Of a DNA stretch of 64,000 nt, positions 47,862-59,713 are shown in pieces. The notes beneath the pieces are model-generated. The model was given only the letters and a program-made list of their open reading frames with translations. It was not told the DNA's origin and did no database searches. How positions within the stretch are numbered: the stretch's first letter is position 1; every line of letters begins with the position of its first letter. A program made the translations under genes and the position numbers. The stretch covers positions 1,862,001-1,926,000 of the forward strand of contig CM119378.1 of the NCBI GenBank assembly GCA_051294905.1. Reading direction: 5' to 3'. This stretch comes from Botryllus schlosseri. Lineage: Eukaryota.

Positions 47862-50800
47862 TCAAAAGATTTGAACTTTGTGGTTGTCACAGTCAATGAC
47901 CGCGATGCGCCCGTCCGATAAAAAGCAAACTCCCTCCGGCCCCCTCATCTGACCTGGCTCAGAACCATAACTTCCAAAGCAGGACACGAAGGCACCATCG
48001 CTCGAGAAAACTTGAACCCGTTTGTTTCCTCTGTCGCCGACGATGATGTTGCCGTGCTCATCTGTGGCGATACCTTGCGGATATATGAACTGAGACACAT
48101 TCGTTCCTTTCATTCCGAGCTGGAAAAGATGGCGGCCGTACTCGTCGAAAACCTGAACTCTGTGGTTGTCGGAGTCTCCGACAACGACCTATGAAAAGGT
48201 CAAAGGTCACACGAGTTCAACCTTACCGCATACATAGATATACACCCCCTAACAAACCATAGCTCCCCATGAACTCACAAAATGTTACCCATGAGCACCA
48301 CGTCAAAATTTATACCGTCAAATTTTTGGGTGTTGCCGGTTGGGGGTGAGGTACGTCAGGATAGGTTGAGGGTTATCGACATTGGGAACGAGGGTGAGGA
48401 ATATTGGAGTTGGGGATTGGTTAGGGTTTGGAATATGAATACTACTACGATACCCAAACCCAACACCTAATCCTAGTGTCCCTAATGCCGTTAACCTTCA
48501 ATCTAACCCTAACGACCCTAACCCCATCCGTCATCTCCCAACCCTAATATCTTTACCTCCAACCGGAAACGCAAAGAATTTCGAGGCTTTTAAATTTCGA
48601 CGTGGTGTCAAACATTTATAGTTGTTTCGCAGGGAAAATAGGTTTGTTATGGGGTGTAATATATCGAAGAAGAGCCGCCTACTCTGCCGTTTGAAGCGAC
48701 GGATAGATATCGCGGCTGATTGAAATGGTGCTCTTCTGAACCGAACTTCCGAACGAACTGCCCGTTCGCCGAGAAGACTTGAACTCGGTGATTCTGTTCA
48801 TCACAAACGTAAATCAGCCCCTTGTCGTCTGTTCCTACTCCAACAGGGTAATTCAGCTCTCCATCTCCTGAATAAGAATCAACGTCAATTCCACCAAAGT
48901 CTGTGACGTCACGTAACGGCACCTGATCCTTCTCTACCGAAAGTTCGAACGAACCGCCTGTATTCATCGAATATTTGGATTCGATGATTGAGCATATCCG
49001 AGGCGACAATCCCACCCCGTGACGTAACACACACGTCAACCACGTAATCGAATTGACCTGTTGATTTTCCGCAGCTACCAAAGACACTCTTGGCAACTCC
49101 GTTCGCGTCGAATATCTTGAAGCATGAACATTGTAGCGCGGTCACGAGTTATTGAAACGAATTCCACAAACCTGAATCCGACTGTTGTTGGTATCTGCGA
49201 CTACGATATCGTCAGCAGCCGTTGAGGAAATGCCTCGTGGCCAATCCATTTTCCCTGCATCGTTGCCTCTCATCCCGAAATATCTACGAATAAATTTGTT
49301 TCAACTTGTCACCGCTGCACTCCACTACGGCCATAAACATGCTTTATAGCGACACAAACTATTCACTTTTTTACTTGTCCTTTGTTTTGATATCGCCTCA
49401 AGTCGGTACCAACTCTTGTCACGTTGCCTTGCGTTCTTGTGGCGGAAGACCACTCCCCCGATAGCTGGGCGCAACAACGGTCTGAACGGGATCGTATTAA
49501 GAATGCGCTAAATGAATCGCGAGCAAACCGGATGTAGGCTACCCCCTAACCGTGGTTTATCATCCGGGGTCGAGTCACCCTCACATACAAGCTGCGCGGC
49601 CACGGTGCCGAAATTGGATATTGCTGAAAGCACAGCATTTTCGTCGCGATTCGTCAACTGAACACGTTTTGACTCGCATGGCGTCACATATGGGTTTTTC
49701 TGGGATTCACTCACATTTATCTTTTGACGAACTTTTTCCGGAGAGATTTCGTTGCTCTGGAGATGTTTGCGACCTTGTTGCGTCAAACAAAGTATTTCGC
49801 TCTGGAATCGCTGTATTTGATGCGTGCTGGGGAGAAGTTGAAGTGCACAAAACATAGCGAAGAAATAAACTTAAATTCGAAACTCACCCCTCAATTGGAA
49901 CTGTTCGTTCGCATAACTCACTTGCGACCTGACAATGAGTGATCAAGGCCGCCATTTTTATTTCAAGCTCTTCCCGCCCACTCTGTAATGATCTGAATGG
50001 ACCTCTTGAATTTTTTCTACGAAGGAACCCAGTAAATTCCATAATTATACTTCTAATCTAGTTATGAAAACTGAGAAGTTTTGAGTTGTGCAACTTTGCT
50101 ACGGAGAAGAGATCTAATCGTATACATTTGAATTCTTACCCATACCAAATACTTCATTAGATTATTTCCATATAGTTGATTACAATAATTTCAAATGGAT
50201 TCACTACGGAAACATCATGCTTCTAACTAGCAAAGTTTGTCTTCTGTCTTGTGTCTTCGGCATCTCAATACTCGGAAATCGCACTAACCCGGATTCCGTG
50301 GCGACTAACGCGTCCACTTCACCGAACAGACATTTCTTTCGCGACTGCAGTTCCGAGATGAAGCGTTCTATCGGCTGTAGAAGATTTATCAACGAAATTT
50401 GAAAACACGGAGGATATCCGTAAATCATGAGAAACTGACCTGCGATATTTCACGTTTCACTTTCCTGCCATTTTCTTCCAGCTTCATCGTTCTTTCTCGT
50501 AAATACGAATCCGATTCAGAAAGTTTGTGCACTAGTCGCCTGACCTGAAATTGATGCAGACAAAGACAGGGTCGGAAGGAACGCGAAGTTGTGTTTCCCA
50601 CCTGAGTGAGGGAGCGATGCAAATCTTGCTGCAATCCGCGTGTGTGACTCGCTATACAACTTCCGCACAGGGACAAGTCACAGTGATTGCACTTCTCCTC
50701 GTCATAACTTGTCATTTGGCATTCCTGATTTAGAAGACATAATCTTAATACCATACTTCATATAGTATAACATGTCATCTCTCGCGCTATTCGTCGACGC

Positions 50801-50979
50801 CAAAATAAAATAACATCATCAAAAACATATTCCAGAAAACGGCGTTTCCAACCTTACATTGCTGCAGCTGTCTCTGTTGAGTCGGAATATCGAGCAAGTT
50901 CACGACCATCAAATTTTCTGGCAGCCCTTCGATGTCATTACTCAGATTGTGGCGAGCACGACATGCCGGGCAGCAAATA
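47862..50979 (-). CDS. TRIM-NHL protein (RING C-half, B-box, coiled coil, 6 NHL repeats; NHL-1-like), 5' exon(s) not located. Exons 50853-50979, 50602-50724, 50440-50544, 50289-50374, 49888-49992, ~49543-49826, 49367-~49481, 49172-49283, 48923-49115, 48683-48867, 47862-48188
   Basis: ICCPACRARH..LPENL; CKEC..CNHCDLSLCGSCIASH; repeats such as WPRGIS..IVVADTNNSRIQIF, YPVGV..IYVCDEQNHRVQVF, PEGVC..IAVIDCDNHKVQIF*; phase-consistent GT-AG introns (one junction near 49481-49551 ambiguous). Confidence 0.9.
48241..48658. mobile_element. Intronic MITE with degenerate telomere-like (TTAGGG/CCCTAA) subrepeats
   Basis: TIR tacaccccctaacaaacc / ggtttgttatggggtgta; ggttagggtt-type motifs in the left arm, taaccctaa-type motifs in the right arm. 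Confidence 0.8.
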
Positions 50980-51659
50980 CTGAATAAAGGTTTTCTCTCA
51001 TATATAGTGATGCGACATAGTTATACTTAAAAGTAGATTTAGCGGTAGCTCGCATACGACTGCATCTTGTTTAGTTCTGGGCTGTAGTGACGTGCGGTCA
51101 GGGGAGACAAGGGAGTCAGTGCTTCACCTATCGCCCGACTGAGTAAAAGATAATTGTGACACCTTCGACAATTATAACACCAATAATTATGTTTATTTTC
51201 GATCGATGTAGCGCGAAGGGAGAGGTGAGGCACAGACTGGTAAAGCCTCACCGGTGATAGCGCAATTTATCATGAACAGTTTAGAATTTATAATAACTGC
51301 TAATAATCGAATTCTACTGTCGCAATGATTACGAAAATCGAACTATTAATAACGTCAAGACATCAGAACCCCCCAAAAACGGCAAAGTCTGTGAAATCCG
51401 GCATTGTTACGCACAATGACAGCGCAGAGACGCAATGGCCAGGCGAGGCGCAGATGGACTTGCCTACTTACGGATCAGCTACCACTTGTAAATCGGACCC
51501 TAAAAGGGTGAGTTCCTCGCCAACCTGAACCTCACCGTACTTCACTACTGGACTGGTAGTTCAATATACGACAATTGGCTTTTCCAGATATATTATACGA
51601 ACAGTTATTTAAGCTGTCGGATCATAAAGGCTTGCTTCAACAAACGGCTACCCCCAAAG

Positions 51660-52221
51660 ATATATTGCCGCAAGTTGTTCACAAATATTTTTCCAATAGT
51701 CTGCCTCCTGTGTTTGATGACTTTTTCATACCTGCTAAACATGTCCATTCCCATTACACGAGATCCTCGTCTAAAGGAAACATCTACTTACCCCCACCCA
51801 ATAGCAACCTAACTAAGAGACCTATCGACTACTCGGGACCTATCATCTGGAATGCATTACCCCCACATATCCGTGAATTGCCTTATAATAGATTCAAAAA
51901 AGCCCTACTTGATCACATCTTGTCGTTACACTAACACTGTTGCCCTACCTCGCCCAGACATTGCTTCATTGATCATTTGCCCCCATTGTTAATTTTTTTC
52001 TTCTATTTTCCTTTAACTAAACATTTCTTTACAGCCAGACTGTTCAGAGTCAAGTGTACCTGTTCGATGCTGGTGTGATCAGACTAGATGACCTTCACGG
52101 TCTTATCGATCATTCCTATCTAATACCGAATACTATATGCACGCATATTTTCTGTACCACCAGCACCACTGCCGTTTGTTATGTATTTTGGTTCGATGAA
52201 AATAAAGACTCTCTCTCTCTC
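51660..52221 (+). mobile_element. 5'-truncated LINE 3' end with (CT)n tail
   Basis: SLPPVFDDFF..HSHYTRSS..IDYSGPIIWNALPPHIRELPYNRFKKALLDHIL*; then aataaa followed by gactctctctctct. Confidence 0.85.
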
Positions 52222-55200
52222 CCGAGCGCGTGGATAAACAGTTGTATGTGGTACGGCGTGAATTAAAACGCCCTCTGGCGGATTTCGTCTTGCCTTCCCG
52301 CAACTGTTATGCATGACTAATTACAGTGATCGTGTAGTTAGACTTTGTTCAAAGGTGCAATGTTATTAATTGCGCAATACATCTCATTGTTTAAAAAAGA
52401 CGTAATTCATTTTCTCGAAGTTCCCGCGAAAGCTCGAAGACGATCAATATATGCCGCTTCTCGCCAATAAGGGTACATGTTTCCCTTCGTGGACTTTTTA
52501 TCTGCAATATATTGTAGTTGTGAAATTAAGCATATATTACCTGTCAGATACGCGCATTTGTGCCGACATTCCCATGTGAGTTAGTTCATTTACCAACAGA
52601 TAATACAATATTCGTTAACGAAATCAATCAACATTTTTTGAAGCTTGAATGAGTATCTCTTTATATTCGTTGTACAAGTGAAAATTCGAAATTCTACCTT
52701 TTTTCAATGAAATGTTAGTTGCGTCCACGTCAATATTAAATTCGTTATGTTTAATCCATTGATGTATTGAATAGATATACTGTTGAATGTGTTGCGTTTT
52801 AGTGCGCATTTGTAACAAATTGTATGTTGTGTGCTGGCACGGAAACTCACGATTTGGTACACCTTCACCTCTGAGATGCTGTCTATTCCAACAAATTTAA
52901 TACGCTTACTCATAGATGCAGTATTGCAATATTGATTCGTATTTGTTTCTTGTGGGAGCATTATCATCTCAAGCTTTTGAGAAGCTATTTCCATCAATCA
53001 CATTCAGCTGGCGTCCATACATCGGCAGTTCGAACGAGTCGAATGCAATAACGGATAATTGCGCTTCCCCTCGCTGCTACGCATACAACGTACTCGATAC
53101 GATAATGCTTTTAATGACGTAGCCAGTTTGAAAATTGGCTATCAAGTCTCTTTATATAGTACGTGGTCTATTTTCCTCTTGAGCTATATCTGATAAGTGG
53201 AAATTATATTGTCAGTCATCGAATTGCGTTTGAGGGGGTTGCCAACTGCGATATCGGACTATATCACTCCATCAGCGAGCATGAATTTTTGCACTACGAC
53301 TCCGACAACTTGGTGAGTAATGATTCCGCACTAAATATTATTCGATACCTTGTCATATAGTATCCATTCGAGGGTATGTGTACTAGTTACTCTACGGTGT
53401 ACATGTACAATGTACGTACATGCATGATATTGCCTGATTTTGACGATAGTTTCAATGTAAACACACCATTTACGGCAGACGTGGACAATTATATATTTCT
53501 AGCTGTCAATTTTTGTAGTATGTCTTTTAAATTCTGAATTGAAGTCAATTCTCAGGTTTTTGCGCATTCGGTAACTTTGATTTTAATATAATTAGGAAAA
53601 CAATGTGTAGCTATAGTTGTATTTCCGATCTAATTTGGAAAAAGGTGAAAATATTCCAGTTTTCCAACTATGATCCACGGCGTATGCACGCAAACGGTCT
53701 GTCACTATACTGTCGTAAAGAAATTCGGGGTTGAACGAGAGACGTAATTACGTTATCGCAATTATCACTAATGATCATCAAATGTGTCTTCAGCCAGATC
53801 GCACTGACATCGTGGTACACATACTTTCTTTTATTGCCGGACTTTTGCCGGAGTTATAAGATGGAGAGTGAGTGTGAGAGAGAGAGAAGGGGGAGAGAGG
53901 AACCGTCTTTATTTTCATCCATCCGAAATATAGAACGAACAGACAGCATCAATGATGATACTGCTGAACTATACGCATGTGTACAGTGTTGGTTGGGTAT
54001 CGGATAGTAATGATGGTTACGACCTTAAAGTTAACTACTCTGGCCACATCCGCATCCGCATTATCCGCACATCCGCATCTTCAATTCCGTCATTCCTAAT
54101 CGCGGACCCAAGTTATAGCCTTTTTGTGGCTCTCATTGACGCCTGAAATCCCACCAAAATCTATTAGACAGCCACAAACAGCGGTAGTTTGTTTCTATGA
54201 TTAGTTCTATATCGATTTCCGAATATCAATAATAATATCACGAACATTAGTTATGTCTAAGCCGCTTCTGAAAATCGAGAAGAGAATTTCTGCAGATTAT
54301 AACGTACTAGCGTCAAACGCATGGACGAACACGGTCACATAACGAGACATATCTTGAGCTCTACTTGTCACATAGAGATTTACAGATTGTGTTTTCGGAA
54401 AAGAATGTGTTCAACTGTTCAGACAATAACATCAAAATAACGGCTAATAGACAAGCCTATATCGCAATGAGCCCAATATTACTCAGCGTATATTCTTCCC
54501 GCAGACACGTGGATATGAATACGCAAAGAGTTATCATATAACCACATATATCTTATGTTGTAATGCAGATAGACATCCGCAGTTTGTTTCAATCGCGTCG
54601 CGTTCGCCAATCTGCGTCTATAAATTCTGCAATTTCGATAAACTGACTTGAGTGTTTTTATACTGCCCCAAACGTACCGAGGAGTTTGAAATTCGGCCCC
54701 ACACCAAGGAAGGTTGTGAACCACTATACCCCTCAGGATATGGTTGTTATGAATTTTAATTAAAATCAACGATCAATTGATAGTAGCAAAAAAATGACGA
54801 GATGACAGATTTGCGCGAACAGAATTTAGTTGATATTATCAAGTCGGATCTAATTCTACCACCGCATTTCAATAGCAACTACATATAATTGGATTTCTCA
54901 TTATGCTTTTGCTGTGTGTGAGTCGCCTCCGCGGGTTTGCGGTCTGTATTTGCATTTGTCTGAAGTTTACGCGATAAGCCGTGCCTGCCGAAAACTGAAG
55001 ACTGCGGCCGGCATTAAATTGTTTTTCCTTCATTGTAATTGGATTATAGAACAGAACTGTTATTTTTAAATACGAGATGGTGTCAGTCAGAACACACGAG
55101 TTACTATAAATAATTAATAAATGATGTATTCTGGGTATATTTCAATCGCCGCGACGGATAAATCAATTCGTTCTTCATGGCAGTAACGGGATCCAATCAG

Positions 55201-57438
55201 ACACGGTGATTTGTACAAAAAACTCAATATTGGTTGCAAAATCGGCTTTGATAAATCAGTACACTTGAATTGGTGTGAATCGCCTAAACCCGTGGTTCTC
55301 ATCTAGGATTGACGCGATCCCCTGGGGTTCGCTGGTTGTCAAAACATATACACGACTCATATACCTGAAGTCAAACTGATTTGCGGTAAACATTCATTGT
55401 GATCTTTTAATTTTGTCGAAAATCTCGTTCTAATGGTTTTCTTCTTTTGACACTGTTGCTGATGCGCAGTTCAGGTTATGTACCAGCATACTGTAGTAGC
55501 CTAATGTACCCTATGTGTTATATGGTAGATATTAGTTTTTGTGAACGTATAAAGCTCCACGCTTGCACATTAGCGTAACGGTTCGCCAGGTTAGTACAGG
55601 TTATGGACCACTGGCCTGACAACTTACGTTCAGACCACGAGTAATCCTGCATTATTGGTGAAAGGTGGCTGATTAAATTCTGAAACGCACATAACATATA
55701 AGTCAATTGCCGAGAGATGACGAGAATCGACATTTTAGACTGCTTTTATTGACCTAATTACCTTTTCTTACAATCTTGATTTTATGAAGTAGAAATTCTA
55801 ATTTAGATATGTTTGAATCACTCTATAAATTCAATTGTCATAACAACTATGGTAGGCAAAATAGCCCCGTTATTACGATAACCGCATATATTTTCGAAAA
55901 GTTTTCCGATTTGCAGTAAGACTCCAAAAACATGTTATATGAGCCTACGGACGACGATTACCACCCGATATATAGCCGACGTATACGATATGGGATGGTT
56001 GGAACCCTCGAAATAGTCGGTTCAGCCAGCTACAGTACGTATAGATATTGATAATTGGCACGGAATGAATGTTCTGATGATGATGACCGCCGGCCGTAAA
56101 AATGCTGCATGACGATGTAGCCCTGGTTAAGATATTTTTGGTCCATATATAACATGGGTTGGAAGCCTATTTCGTCAAAAGAGATATATCTACGCTATAT
56201 TCTCAATTGCTAATATAAATCCACTATGCCGTAACAATTGAATATGCGTGACGTCATGGCTCAGAAAAAAAAGCATGTTTTAAACATGTTTGTTTAAATT
56301 GATTTTTGTTTTAAACACAACCCCACACCACGGTATAAATCAAACATAGCATTTCAATCGGAATGATTTGTCGCTAATTAACCTATGTGTTCGCGGGAAT
56401 AACGGCAGGTAGATCCTGCGCTATACATTCGCCCCTACCTCATTCATTTCTATTAATAAATAAAATGACCGCTTACGGCGAGCTTTTGCCGTAATTTCTC
56501 TCCTCTGCACCGACGGTGATAAATGGAGAGACATCGTCAGCTTCATTAGTTGCAACTGATTTAATTTATGCATATTTAATATAGATGTCACCAGGATGAA
56601 AACAAGTTTTGCGTTGTGCTATCGCAAAGTCATTTTATGAGATACGGTTTACATTCCAAAAAAGCATACTTGTTCGACTGCGATTAATACGGACAAATTC
56701 GTTTTTCGATGAAAATTCTTGGATTATCTATCGATCAAGGATAATCCCAGAATTATCAAAGAAAGACTGAAATAACTCCACTTCTACGGCTTGGAATTGA
56801 GTCAAATTTGTTTTGCACAGTGTTTGAAGACAACAATTTCATGGGGTTGGCAAAAAAATTTGAAATATTTTTTTTTTGCGTTTCTGGGCAAATTCAAAAT
56901 TTTCAAACTCTACGAAAATCGCGAATATTGGTTGGAATGAATTCAAATTTGGTGTGCGTCGTTTTTTAAGGCGACCTAACGATTTAATCACGTAGCCCGC
57001 AAGATTAAGGAAAAAAGGATATTTTTGAACAGCCCTAATGGTTATCTTAGGACACAGACTATTGTAGGACAAATATACTTTCCACTTTAGATTGTGATTG
57101 ATGATTGATGACTTCATCAATACTTGATCGTAAAAATAAACTGCAAAAACATTAGGTTTTGCCCGAACGCCTTCATGTATACGTGTCAGATGAATAGCGT
57201 GTCGAATGTGTACCGCGACACTACACGCACACTATGACAACGACATTCATAAAACTGATAAAAACCTTTCCCGAAACTAATTTCAACTTTTGAAATCCAA
57301 AGTGATTTCAATAAATAGCGCGAGTATGCATAGCCTTCTGAGGTACTCCAAAATAGTAAAAGTACATCGTTACTACCACTGGTAACAACCAAGGCTGGAT
57401 CTTGAGTGAGGGCCATGCATGCAGTCTGGCAAAGATAG

Positions 57439-57953
57439 CAGTGGTTCTCAACCTTCTTGACCTCGCGTACCGGTAAACTTCAAAATCTAAAATTCACCTA
57501 TATTTAATTATGACAAATGCATTCAACCTAAATGTAATAATGGAAACTTCATTTAATGCTGCCTTTTTGATACGAACTATTTATACGTGGTTTAAATGAC
57601 ATTTCTGCGAAGTTTCGCAAAGTCCCGTCGAAGACCATTAACTTGAGTGTAATACTTCTGTATCCTTTGAAATGAATGCGACTTGATGTTTGCTATACTA
57701 TGCTGTCAGGTATCGCTTAATCGAAATGACGGAATATAACGAAGTTTGCGTAAAAGTCACCGTAGCTTTCATATAAATACCATACGAAAATACGTTCTAC
57801 CGTTCTAAATTTTTTAAATTGAATGTATATTTATTTAATTAATAGATAAGCGACCAAATTCTTGCTCTTTGGAAATGAGATATAAACTAGAATGTATCTG
57901 GCGGACCGACTGGAAACTTGTCACGGAACGCTCACCGGCGGCTGGGAGCCATT
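57439..57953. mobile_element. hAT-type MITE
   Basis: cagtggttctcaacc ... ggctgggagccattg. Confidence 0.6.
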
Positions 57954-57964
57954 GAACTAGAATT

Positions 57965-58913
57965 CAGGGGTCGCCAACTCAAAATGAGTCGCGGGCCACT
58001 TTCCGAACTTGATCGACGCCGCGGGCCGCACAATTGTAACGTCGACAACTTAATACTTGGCACCTGATTAGCTATTAGCAAACGTGAAAAGACACTATAT
58101 TGACTACATCAATGTAACCTGCTGTTGTCTAACACGTGGCGTACATATTGTTGAAAGGAATCACTGCTTTGCATTAATACAACTCTATCAAATATATGTA
58201 TTGATTATAGCTTGATGTATATTCTGTAGTATGCGCCGCATCCGATATCTGGCCGCGCTTTCCTGCAACAGGATGCACTCGGATTGACCATACTATTCCA
58301 ACTCTTCCACGAACCTCAACAAAACGCCTCTAAACATCAATATGTGTGTATCAGTAGGTTACTGGCAATTTGGTAATTAAAATGAGTTTGCGCAGTATGC
58401 TATTTAATCTACGACGGTCATTCTGTTGATGTGAGTCATGAGGTTTTACCAGTAGGCTAATGAAGCGAAACTGCCTCATAGTTTTCCTAATTTGAAAATA
58501 AAATAATAATTAGGTTATTAACTAATTTCCAAATTTGGAGGTTTTGCGGACCCCCTGAAAGTGCTTCGCGGAACCCCGGTTGAAAACAATTGCATTGTGT
58601 TGCACATGACTTGCCAATTGCTAGTGCAAGGGAGAGGTGGAATCAGTTTCATTGCCCTGTCGTCTTTTGTGAGCTCGGTATTAGAAATGTCAAAACTATT
58701 TTTTAGCGCAGAAGGGTGATATTGAATGCGCGGGAATAAATCTTTGAGTAAACGATGACGATTTTAAAATTAAATTATTTAGATCAATCAATCAAATCAT
58801 TTAGAAATACAATAATGATATATATTTTCGGAAATCTGAAATCATGTCGCGGGCCGCAAAAGCACCCCTGGCGGGCCGCATGCGGCCCGCGGGCCGCGTG
58901 TTGGTGACCCATG
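57965..58913. mobile_element. hAT-type MITE
   Basis: caggggtcgccaac ... gttggtgacccatg; cgcgggcc subterminal repeats. Confidence 0.75.
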
Positions 58914-59296
58914 AACTAGATAATGCTAATCGTCTAACTAGATTATTCTGAGCGAAATGCCTCTAATCTAATTCTAATCCAATTAGTGAAATGTGTCTAT
59001 ATGCTCGGAATTTATTTTTAATCTCATTTCTGGTCTGCCCGAAAATGCCACAGACCTGTATCGTGCGAAACAGGACAAGCTTGGTGTACAGACATTTTCC
59101 ATTCTCGTGCTAACGAGGATGAACTCGGCCTTGATGTGAACTTAAAGTGATTTTCGTTATATTTCTCTCTAGTTGGTAACTTAATTTTCAAGTTTGAGCA
59201 AATTCAGTAAATCTAATTCGGAAAAGAACTGTGTAGCTATAATTTTTAATTCTACGTTGATTTAGAAAAAGCAGAAAATATTCTAATTCATGGTTC

Positions 59297-59713
59297 CATG
59301 GTTCCCAGCATGGGCGATATTGCTCCCCAGTGGGCGATCTCGAGAAACAAGAGGACGGAAATATCAAAGGGGGCGACTGGGGGGGGGGGGGATAGGGGCG
59401 AAAATCTTAAAACGTCCAATGAGAAATATTTAATTAACACGCAAAGAAAATGCACGTGAAGACGGCCTGTTCACATTCAGCATATGACGCGAAAAGGTCA
59501 ACTTAACGGAAAGTAGACGCGTAAACTGTTTTTCCTAGCACCTACCACCTCGTGAAAATGGAATTTTTTAGTAAATTCACCAGAGATTAGAGTTAGGTGA
59601 ATACGTTGTCCGATTGTATGTCCTCTTTTTTCTGATCCGTAAATATAGGGGGCGAAAAGTTTGTGTCGAGATTGATAAGGGGGCGATGAGTCGAAAAAGG
59701 TTGGGAACCACTG
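59297..59713. mobile_element. hAT-type MITE
   Basis: catggttcccagc ... aaaaggttgggaaccactg; gggcga subrepeats. Confidence 0.7.

Noticed and set aside
52790..52860. Minus-strand 'FPCQHT' and 'HTICYKC' resembling the missing RING exon
   Set aside because: The two motifs are in different frames, with no upstream CxxC and no suitable splice sites
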